The notes under the pieces: generated by a model
Database searches by the model: none
Told to the model about the DNA's origin: nothing
Seen by the model: only the letters and a program-made list of their open reading frames with translations
NCBI GenBank assembly: GCA_030390025.1
Contig: CM059433.1
Span: forward strand, 25,670,001-25,734,000
From: Squalus acanthias
Lineage: Eukaryota
Length of the DNA stretch: 64,000 nt
Reading direction: 5' to 3'
Position numbers and translations under genes: made by a program
Shown here: positions 23,601 to 31,770 of the stretch, piece by piece
Layout of the letters: each line of letters opens with the position of its first letter
Numbering within the stretch: position 1 is the first letter of the stretch

Positions 23601-25149
23601 GTTTTCCAAGTGGGTGGAAGCCTTCCCTTGTCGAACAGCTACGGCACTGGGTACAGCAAAAATCTTGGTCCGGGAAGTGTTCTCGCGGTGGGGACTCCCC
23701 CGTTTTGTGGAGTCAGACCAAGGAAGTCATTTCACCGGCCAGGTGATGCAGAACACCCTCATGCTTTTGGGCATTGAAGGGAAGTGGCACGTAGCACACA
23801 ATCCCCAGTCATCCGGGATTGTCGAACGTATGAACCGGACCCTGAAGGAGAAATTGAGGAAAGAGACTAGGAACTCGCCCCAAAAATGGGCGGAAGTTCT
23901 GCCTTTAGTCTTCATGGGGGTCCGGGCCAGTCAGTCAAAAAGTACGGGGTACTCCCCGCACGAGGTAATGACCGGCAGGCTCATGCGAACCCCCACCCAT
24001 GTGCTAGCCCCGGTGCTCACTGAGGGTCAGCTTCAAGAGATCAGCAGGGACAAGTTCGCCCAAACTCTCTTGGAGCGCCTGAAGCAAGTTTATGAGCAGG
24101 CGGCTGGGAACATGGGAAGGCAGCATCAGGGCAATCGCTTGTTGCTGGAACCCCGCAAAACGCGGGAGTGGGAAGTAGGAGACCAGGTCATGGTCAGAAA
24201 CTACGCCAGAGTAGGGAGTCTGGAACCACTGTATATGGGACCCTACAACATTGTAGACAAGGCGAGTCCCATGGTTTACGCCGTAAAAGTACCTCGGCGC
24301 ACTAAGTGGTTCCACATAAACCAATGTAAGCTGAACCAGCCGGGTGCGCAAGGGAAAACTACAGGGGTAAATCCCGCCAATGGGAAAACACAGCCCCAGG
24401 TAGGACCACAAGGCACACAGGCAGGCGTAGCAGCTTGCATCAGGGGAAGGGACATCCCGGACGATCATGCAGCGTTTTTCTGGAGTTGGGGGTTAGATGA
24501 CGAAGAACCCAGGGTACCCTGGTCAGATGAGGATAGTGCAGATGAGTATAGTGATGATGACGGGTGGTTCCTGAGGAACGGTCTGGGAGGATTGGGGCCG
24601 ATAGGTAGAGATCCACACAGGGTGGACACACAAGCTGCAGGTCCCGAGGACAGGAGGGAGGAGCTAGAGGAGGCAGGGCCAGCCGCTATAGGAGCACAGA
24701 GAGTACCAATGTGGTTCCCAGAGGGGTGGCCGCCCGCTTTGAACGTCCAGTCCTCAGGGGAGGCAGAGATCACGAGTGAAGGGCCGCCTGCTGGGCCGAG
24801 CAGGGCGGAGCCACGAAATGCCAGCCCCGAGGTTAGGGAGGCGGAGTCAGCGGAGGCGGAGCCGGCGACTGTGATGGAACCCCAGGTCGTCCCGTTGGAG
24901 GTCTCGGAACCCGGTCCGTCCGTCACGGAACCCCCGCCCATAGCAACTCCCCGTAGGTCAAGCAGAGAACCCCAGCCCAGGAGGATGTGGTCATGTCCCC
25001 AGACTGCCCCAAGGCGTAAAATTCAGGTTAAGATAACCCGGGTAGAGACAGGCCACATCGCAGCAGTAACAGGCTGCGGCAGATCAGAGGGAAGGGTCAG
25101 TGCCCTCCCACCGTCGGGAAGAGCTCGCAGCAGCCTTCTCAGAATTTAA
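20665..25149 (+). CDS. pol: Pol: protease, RT, tether (degenerate RNase H), RNase H, integrase, low-complexity tail; in frame with gag after TGA
   Basis: LLDTGAS (~20770); LPQGF; YVDD (21730-21741); tether FFLEVAAS; RNase H IYVDGS...AQQAEL...CSDS...GNRQADALA; IN H-H-CxxC, QIDYIGP...SDQG...VERMN, GPY. Confidence 0.95.
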   Translation, partial: LEPAQPVYLCPLSYDAWRRPVVEMEVEKQKGSYLLDTGASCTIIHTDDPFDSPLSTKVPFTLAGFTGKEQAGTFSLPLSIRLGTLRLKWKCILMAWQKGGGRGILGSDLLAGHGILVDLRNHCLWGAKGEKGEVMVIQGEEETGVLCTVQPSGGYDLRLMVADVPTDMQTYVTDNMHAFATHKHDCGRVVGFEVSVDGDPMTRPQKQYNFPKEAEPDMEAAMSSLVQQGVLRPIATHVNSPLWPVRKPDNSWRATVDYRVLNSNIPACAPTVAAVADLIGSIPASATTFTVLDISNGFWSIPLRREDQYKFAFTFKGQQYTWNCLPQGFHNSPSIFHQCMAGSLKEFSQPNQIVQYVDDLLLFTDSREEHGPLLDELLELLARKGFKVNPKKARIGQQEVKFLGLTLRAGERAIDKARRESVQELPIPNNVRGVRSFLGLTGYCRDFIEDYAATAAPLLRLLHKGVEWSWDEGCQAAFEKLKRDLQTAPALGAIDGGKEFFLEVAASGDSLSAVLLQERHGKLRPVVYSSRVLTDVERSFSNCERHLLATHWAVKRSAIFTGLSPITLLTHHTPTKMLLDGRIKDGTVSSARIARWTLLLSQLDLRVKGLCEPRLAANLVYPGTAHRCSVEGVWDVNIGLRAGIHPTGREIYVDGSSTVSAGERLTGCGVYDPAADLALAIKLPSTMSAQQAELSAVVYMVTHPDIFPTPYTICSDSMFTCNSCTEYLAIWSRRGYTSADGRPLTVKPLLEKILAAAVGEEGEIFIHKVKAHSSAEPRGEGNRQADALAREGARDGTFWNPYRTGPIAAVRGGDGNTGNTRVALPLDLKTVQAQDPALKAVLKTIAEGRQVEGPYSTATLSVKEGMLFRGEQWVVPQQHRREFLQLAHEGPGAGHPGPEVTWQRVEQAGWWPGLREQVREFCANCLVCAANNPDPQKRKVPMGHVRRVEGPWQSIQIDYIGPLPTTQGGYKYCLVLVDVFSKWVEAFPCRTATALGTAKILVREVFSRWGLPRFVESDQGSHFTGQVMQNTLMLLGIEGKWHVAHNPQSSGIVERMNRTLKEKLRKETRNSPQKWAEVLPLVFMGVRASQSKSTGYSPHEVMTGRLMRTPTHVLAPVLTEGQLQEISRDKFAQTLLERLKQVYEQAAGNMGRQHQGNRLLLEPRKTREWEVGDQVMVRNYARVGSLEPLYMGPYNIVDKASPMVYAVKVPRRTKWFHINQCKLNQPGAQGKTTGVNPANGKTQPQVGPQGTQAGVAACIRGRDIPDDHAAFFWSWGLDDEEPRVPWSDEDSADEYSDDDGWFLRNGLGGLGPIGRDPHRVDTQAAGPEDRREELEEAGPAAIGAQRVPMWFPEGWPPALNVQSSGEAEITSEGPPAGPSRAEPRNASPEVREAESAEAEPATVMEPQVVPLEVSEPGPSVTEPPPIATPRRSSREPQPRRMWSCPQTAPRRKIQVKITRVETGHIAAVTGCGRSEGRVSALPPSGRARSSLLRI

Positions 25150-25440
25150 AGGGGCCGCCCTGAGAACGGGCGGCACTGTAAAGTTATTAGTTTAAGGTGT
25201 TAAGTTTATAGTTCAAGGTTAAGTTTTAAGTTTATTAGTTTAAGGTTAAGTTTGTAGTGTTTTAACAGATAACGATAAAATGGTGGGAGTTTTAAGGCTA
25301 GGTTTAGAGGAAGTCTATTCAGCAACCGTTGAAGTTTACGTGAGGCGAGGTCAGGGGACCCGCTCACCCCTTCACAAAAGCCAGAGACTTTTTGCGAGGC
25401 TGGCTACCTCATTCTATCTGATCACAGGAACCAAGGAAGG

Positions 25441-27792
25441 ATGGAACGACTTATAGTATTGCTCGTGGCAATCGGATGTGGATTGGCCTATCGAGGCCAC
25501 ACCAAGGATGTCGTGGTGTTTGGATGTTCCGGGGACACGGCCCCCATCGCGGTGGATGGGACCGGAAGACGGAAGGCAGAGGGGACCAGCACCTATTTCC
25601 ACAAGGGAAGGTGGCCAGGATGGCTGGGAACGAACTCAACGGAGTATTCCAGCACATCGGGGTTCGCCTACAAAGAGACTTCTTTAATGTGCCCCAAAGT
25701 ACGGATCATCGCACCCAGGATCAGCGTCACCGTCGGCAAACGGATTTGTTTGACCTGTAGTGGGGATGTCCCATTGAGCCGATGGTGGTGGCTGCGAAAG
25801 CTGAGCAAAACTATGAGGAACTCTTCGGTCGAGTGGGAACGACTGGGTAATAATACCCATCGGACAATTACGGGGACAGACGGACAAGTGAAAGTCTGTT
25901 GGGACAAATGGTGGGAACCGGATGAGGGGATTTATGTATGTATGTGGGGGTCAAAGTACGTTTGCCCCAAAGGCATCTCCATATTTTTTATTAATCAGTG
26001 GCAGGATAACGGACAGGGGATGAGGTGGGATGCGAGCACCAGGGGGTGCGGAGCCCCATTCTCCCCGATCCCAGTAAATGCCACTGAGCTCATTACGCGC
26101 CCACGCAAAGCCCCGCCCACGATTCCGGTGGTTCTAACTGAGGAAGAAGGGTGCCCTAAAACTAGTAAGGGACCCGGGAACGGTTTGGTACTGGTCCCCA
26201 CAGACCAGATACTATTTCAGGGGGTACATTACGCGGTGGCCTCAGTGATTTTAAATCTCACTGAGGTACGGTTACCAGAGTGGTGCCCCAAAAAGACGGA
26301 ACAGTTGTATCAGGTCCTGTTGACCAAGATGTTCAGACAATTTTACGAGTTTGATTTTGCAGAAATTGATAAGACAAGTTTGTACACCGCACCGCAGGAA
26401 GTTTTGGATCAAGTAGGGAGGCAAAGAAGGGGTTTGGTGAACGATGCGTTCACTGCTTTTAATACAGGGACATCTGTGGTCAACGCTCTAGACAGTGTGG
26501 AGCTGCAGACCCAGATTAATGGTTTAAAAACACAGTTAAAAGACATTCTAACAGATGAGAATAAAGTGGTAGGGTCAGGTCTGCATGAGGACCAAGCCAT
26601 GACTCTCCATTTAAAGGAGATCATAGCAGAGCTGGAGAAACATGCGCGTACGGTAAATGCCCTGATCAGGGAAGATCGGAATGCATCCGATCAAGCTGCG
26701 CAGAACGAGGTGTGCGTGCTTTACGGGGCGTGGTTACTGGGCGAGGGCCGCAGTAATTTGGAGGATTTAAAACAAGGTTTGGTTCCGTCCTGGATAAGTA
26801 ACAAACACCTGCGGGCGCTCCACCCTTTTCAGAACGCATTAAGTCCGTGCCAGCTCAGGCTAGCTTCAGAAGCTTACCCAGTCCCCGTGGACTGCGGACG
26901 TTCAAACCACACTATTATGGGAATAGTATTACGCATGCCGGTTTTGGGCAACACAGCAAAGCCCGCCCCGGTATATCGGGTAGAGAACATTGGTGTCATT
27001 CAGGGGGGAGCCCACATTCGTTATGCAGCGGTTCCACCTTACGTCATCCGCTGGGAGCAAACGATGACAGGTACAGATCTCTCTGGTTGTCGTGGCAGGG
27101 GAGCACACATAATACTGTGTCCCCAGCACTTGAATGCCTTTTTAACACCACAGTGCGGGTTCAGAACGGCTGGCGCCAAGTCCATGAATTGCACCATGGA
27201 GGCAATGGCACAAGATCATGTGCCTCCGCAGGTAGCATACATCGGGGGTGGAACATATTGTGTTACCACTGCAGCGCAACACTACCAGCATGGAAACCGT
27301 AGCCGGTGTCCGGTGAGTGACAGCAGTTTCTGTTTTAAACCCAGGGCTGAAGTTCAAGTAGCACAACAGCGAATTATCCCAATCCCTGAACCATCCACTG
27401 TTCATCTCACAGTAAAAGAGAATTTCACCGACTTGCAGCGATTTGTCGCGCATTTTGGATACCTCATTCCCCCTCTCCCTGAGCATTTAACCAAACTTCT
27501 GAAAGCCGTCGCGGTGTCACAAAAGCATTTCTATACATTAGAGCAGAAAACTGTCGAAATTGGAACAGACATTTTGGACATAGTGGTTCCACCGTGGTGG
27601 AATCTGTTCACTAATATTGAAGTGCCCTCATGGGTCAGAATAGCCTCCCACATTTTAGTCGTCTGTCAAGTGTTTATTGTAGTGTACCTATTGTTCATAC
27701 ATTGTAAAAGAGACAAGCGCCTCACCAAGCATGAGAACACGGGAGAGTGGCGAGAACGTTACGTGCGCGTGCACGATGAGAGCACCGTGTAA
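25441..27792 (+). CDS. env: Env glycoprotein (783 aa): signal peptide, Ig-like domain, furin site, F-type class I fusion ectodomain, TM anchor
   Basis: MERLIVLLVAIGCGLA; RQRR|GLV at 26419-26430; heptad repeat; Cys-rich region; TM HILVVCQVFIVVYLLFI; N-glycosylation sequons; candidate splice acceptor ...ctatctgatcacAG at 25427. Confidence 0.9.
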   Translation: MERLIVLLVAIGCGLAYRGHTKDVVVFGCSGDTAPIAVDGTGRRKAEGTSTYFHKGRWPGWLGTNSTEYSSTSGFAYKETSLMCPKVRIIAPRISVTVGKRICLTCSGDVPLSRWWWLRKLSKTMRNSSVEWERLGNNTHRTITGTDGQVKVCWDKWWEPDEGIYVCMWGSKYVCPKGISIFFINQWQDNGQGMRWDASTRGCGAPFSPIPVNATELITRPRKAPPTIPVVLTEEEGCPKTSKGPGNGLVLVPTDQILFQGVHYAVASVILNLTEVRLPEWCPKKTEQLYQVLLTKMFRQFYEFDFAEIDKTSLYTAPQEVLDQVGRQRRGLVNDAFTAFNTGTSVVNALDSVELQTQINGLKTQLKDILTDENKVVGSGLHEDQAMTLHLKEIIAELEKHARTVNALIREDRNASDQAAQNEVCVLYGAWLLGEGRSNLEDLKQGLVPSWISNKHLRALHPFQNALSPCQLRLASEAYPVPVDCGRSNHTIMGIVLRMPVLGNTAKPAPVYRVENIGVIQGGAHIRYAAVPPYVIRWEQTMTGTDLSGCRGRGAHIILCPQHLNAFLTPQCGFRTAGAKSMNCTMEAMAQDHVPPQVAYIGGGTYCVTTAAQHYQHGNRSRCPVSDSSFCFKPRAEVQVAQQRIIPIPEPSTVHLTVKENFTDLQRFVAHFGYLIPPLPEHLTKLLKAVAVSQKHFYTLEQKTVEIGTDILDIVVPPWWNLFTNIEVPSWVRIASHILVVCQVFIVVYLLFIHCKRDKRLTKHENTGEWRERYVRVHDESTV

Positions 27793-28204
27793 TAGGAAAA
27801 TGGCGTCACTCCCGCTCGCCACGTGCCCCGCGGAAGTTTGTACTCATTGTAAATACGTTGGAAACTCGATATGTTTAAGAGTTGGGATTTGTTTATTTTG
27901 GTGATGGTGTTGATTGTTTGGTTTTGGGTTTTGTTTTTCCTTTCCCTGAATAAAAGACAAATATACAGGTGATGCGTGAGGTATCGGCCTGGTTACGCCG
28001 GAAAGGAAAACAAGTGGTGTAAGTTTAAGGGCAAATGATGCCTACGGTGATATAAAATGTGATTTTCTTGGGAAATAAGGACGACACAGAGACCCTAGTT
28101 AAGTTAAAATTTATGGGATTAATTTACTGGATTCGGAGTGAAATCGAGATAAGATTGCTCACCACTGAGATTTTGATACGATAAGCGGAGTTATTCGCAT
28201 CAAC

Positions 28205-28212
28205 AGGAGGGA
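28205..28212 (+). other. Short polypurine tract
   Basis: AGGAGGGA immediately before the 3' LTR. Confidence 0.55.
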
Positions 28213-28213
28213 C

Positions 28214-29879
28214 TGTAGAATTCGCAATTATCGCGATTTGATTAATAAGGAGAAAACACAAAGTTTCGTTCAAACAGCTTTTATTTCAGCAGAATGCTGT
28301 CAGGTTTAAATTGGACACAAGCAGCCTGTAAAATGGCCGCCGCACCTCGTGACAGAACATTCTAGACTTTTCAACAGGCAGACAAGATGGCGTTCCAATA
28401 CACATTTTTGCAAGATCGATAACGATTCAGCACAGTGAAGATAATACCCGAGACATTATGGGTTTACAGTATAAACATAGATACTGAAATCGGTCTCCCA
28501 GGTACAAAGGAAAGCCATTGCACCGAGTAATCAAGGGCCCATCCAAAGGACATTAATATGTAAACTCCCAACGGCTCTACGATGAGAGAGCCGTTAGCAG
28601 GTAGTTATACAGGACACTTGGAAGCCCCAAACCCCTCCAGGGAGAACACCGACCGATTTAACAATGGGAGAAATATTAACAGGTACTCAAACATTCATGA
28701 GTAGCCCCGAAACCCATTAAGAACGGAGATCACCCATACAGGACATTTGGGCGCCAAACCTTAAACAAAAGAATGGACATTATAGTTGGGCGGGAAACGG
28801 AAGATTTTGCACTATAATTGCAGGCCCCAAACCGTCCACTCTCGCTCTTGCTGCTTGCCTCTTGTCCTTGCTTTTATCATCGTGGCTGCTCCTGTGTTTT
28901 ATCCGGTCGATTCGTAACCTCGTGGCTGCTCCTGTGTAAAAGACTGTTGAACTTTCTGATCCGTTCGGATCTACCTCGTGTCGCGTAACGAAGACCTATG
29001 TTGGTAACTGGCAGCGGAACCAAAGGCCCGAGATGAGATGAGATGAGATGAGATGAGAGGAGAAGAGAAGAAGACCATATCCATCGCCACGGTCAGTAAA
29101 TCCCGACCGCGCCTGTAGGTCGATCAGCCAAGTCTTCTCGACAGGAAGTTTTCTTCGTTAAACTTTTAACAAGACATATTGCATCAACGATAACTGGACT
29201 GTGCAAACACATCGTATCAGTGATATTGACAACGGGACTCCTCAACTAAACTGTGAAGTCAACCAACAGAGGTCTTCACCACAGCGGACGGTCCAGCCGA
29301 CTAGCCGAGCAGCAGAAGCAGTAAACAAGTGGGACCAGGAGATCTCCTGACCGACACGTGGGTGCTGCGGTGAAATACATCCGATCAGCTATTCGGGATT
29401 TCTCCGAGTTATTACGAGTGGTGAGCATGAGTCTCGAGATCCTACGAAGCTAGTTTTAGGATAGATATTGATAGGGGAGGGGTTAAAGATTAAGGATATT
29501 TGTAATGTGTGCCCTATTTACGTTGTGCTGGTCGTTCCTCGTTTCCCTAAGAGTGATTATAACCGTTTGTAAGATTGTACTGTCATTAATCTGTGCGTAT
29601 GACATGTATTTCATAATTTTAAGTATCATGCAATAAAGATTTTCCATTTCGTACCATTCAAACCAAGTCTACATGAGTTTTATCTCCATTACTGCTCTCG
29701 CATCTAAGTCCAGTGTCTAGAACCATAAGGGAGAGTGATTCGAACCACTCACAGGGGTGTCTAGTGTTCCCAGACTGGCTGGAGACCAGGCCTAGACCCG
29801 CACTGACATACAGGCTGCACAGAGCCGCGTGAATCTCACAGGCTACGAGACACGCAGGGTCAGGAGAGAATCCCTTACA
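28214..29879 (+). repeat. 3' LTR (1666 bp)
   Basis: Direct repeat of the 5' LTR; only ~4 substitutions seen by eye. Confidence 0.95.
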
Positions 29880-29899
29880 GTACCTCGCCACTCGCTCAG

Positions 29900-31462
29900 C
29901 AACAACAACTACTAATATTAATATAGCGTCTTTAAAGTCGTAAAATGTCCCAAAGTGCTTCACAGGAGTTTTATAAAACAAAATTTGACACCGAGGCACA
30001 TAGGGTGAAATTAAGGTGAAATTAGGGCAGATGACCAAAAGCTTGGTCAAAGAGGTAGGTTTTAAAGAGCGTCTTAATGGAAGAAAGATATGTAGAGAGG
30101 TGGAGAGGTTTCGGCAGGGAATTCCAGAGCTTGTGGCCTTGGCAGCTGAAGGCATAGCCACCAGTGGTTGAGCTATTAAATTTAGGGATGCTCTAGAATC
30201 CAGATTTAGGGGAGTGCAGATATGTCGGGGACTGGGGGAGGGGTGATTGTGGGGCTGGAGGAGATTACAGAGATAGGGAGGGGTGAGGCCATGGAGGGAT
30301 TTGAAAATGAGGAGATTTTTAAAATCAAGGCATTGATTAACCGGGAGCCAATGTAGTTCAGCGAGCACAGGGGTGATAGGTGAACGGGACTTGGTGCGAG
30401 TTAGGACACAGGCAGCCGAGTTTTGGATGACCTCAAGTTTACATAGGGTAGAATGTTGGAGGCTAGCCATGAGTGCATGGAATAGTCAAGTCTAGAGGTA
30501 ACAAAAAAATGGATGAGGATTTCAGCAACAGATGAGCTGAGGCAGGGGTGGAGTTGGGCGATGTTACGGAGGTGGAAATATGCGGTCTTAGTTATAGCGC
30601 GGATATGTGGCCGAAAGCTCATTTCTGGGTCAAATATGGCACCAAGGTTGCGAAGAGTCTGGATCAGCCTCAGACAGATGCTATGGAGAGGGATGGAGTC
30701 AATAACTAAGGAACAGAGTTTTTGGTGGGATCTGAAGACAATGGCTTTGGTCTTCCCAATATTTAGTTGGAGGAAATTTCTGCTCATCCAGCACTGGATG
30801 CAGCATGACAATTTAGAGACCGTGAAGGGATCGAGAGAAGTGGTGGTGAGGTAGAGCTGGGTGTCGTCAGCTTACATGTGGAAACTGACGCTATGTTTTC
30901 AGATGATGTCGCCGAGGGGCAACATGTCGATGAGAAATAGGAGGGGCCCCAGGATAGATCCCTGGGCGACACCAGATGTAATGATGCGGGAGCGGGAAGA
31001 GAAGCCTTTGCAGGTGATTCTCTGGCTACGATTAGATAGATAAGAATGGAACCAGGCGAGTGCAGTTCCACCCAGCCGGACAACAGTGGAGAGGCATTGG
31101 AGGAGGATGGAGTGGTCAATCATATCAAAGGCTGCAGACAAGTCAAGGAGGACGAGGAGGGATAGTTTACCTTTGTCACAGTCACATAGGATGTCATTTC
31201 TGATTTTGATAAGAGCCGTTTCAATACTGTGGAAGGGGTGGAAACCAGATCCAAACTTGGAGTTCCGATAAAGATGGACACGGATTGGGGATGCGACAAC
31301 ACGTTCAACGAATTTGGAGAGGAAAAGGAGGTTGAGATGGGATGGTACTAGGCAAGGACTGAGGGGTCAAGGGTTGGTTTTTGAGGAAATGGATGATGAC
31401 AGCAGATTTGAAAGAGAGAGAACCATTAACAATATTAGCTAACATGGGAGCCAGAAGAGGGT
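29900..31462 (-). mobile_element. L2-clade LINE fragment (unit copy)
   Basis: Paralogous to 7358-8905; same TAA in the YADD codon. Confidence 0.85.
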
Positions 31463-31770
31463 GTTTGTGTGTGTGTGTTAGGGTGAGGGTATGTGTGTGT
31501 GTGCACGTGAGGGTGTGTGTGTGTGTGAGAGGCTGAGGGTGTGTGAGGTTGTGTGTGTGTGAGAGAGGGTGTGTGTGTGTGTGTGTCTGTGTGCGAGGGT
31601 GAGGTTGTGTGCGTGTGTGTGTGAGAGGGTGAGGGGGTGTGAGGATGTGTGTGTGCGTGTGAGTGTGTGTGTGTCTGTGTGCAAGGGTGAGGTTGTGTGT
31701 GTGTGTGTGTGAGAGGCTGAGGGGGTGTGAAGTTGTATGTGTGTGTGTACGTGTGAGGGTATGTGTGTGA
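31463..31770. repeat. TG-rich microsatellite
   Basis: Directly visible. Confidence 0.9.

Larger units (their letters stand above)
17183..29879 (+). mobile_element. Full-length endogenous retrovirus (lokiretrovirus-like), 12.7 kb: LTR-gag-pol-env-LTR
   Basis: Two 1666 bp LTRs TGTA...TACA; TSD GTAC (17179-17182 / 29880-29883); empty site tctgtacctc in other units (~38490); three long uninterrupted ORFs. Confidence 0.95.

Noticed and set aside
20992..24941. Antisense and alternate-frame ORFs inside pol (e.g. 24004..24468, 24465..24941, 22333..22773)
   Set aside because: Expected shadows of a GC-rich coding strand; no recognisable motifs
17183..29879. Ordinary Ty3/Gypsy element or errantivirus
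   Set aside because: Tether plus a second full RNase H, YVDD, late domains and stop-readthrough favour a retrovirus-like lineage; formal exclusion needs a phylogeny
29658..30470. 270 aa minus-strand ORF
   Set aside because: Chimeric read-through from frameshifted L2 sequence across the TSD into the 3' LTR
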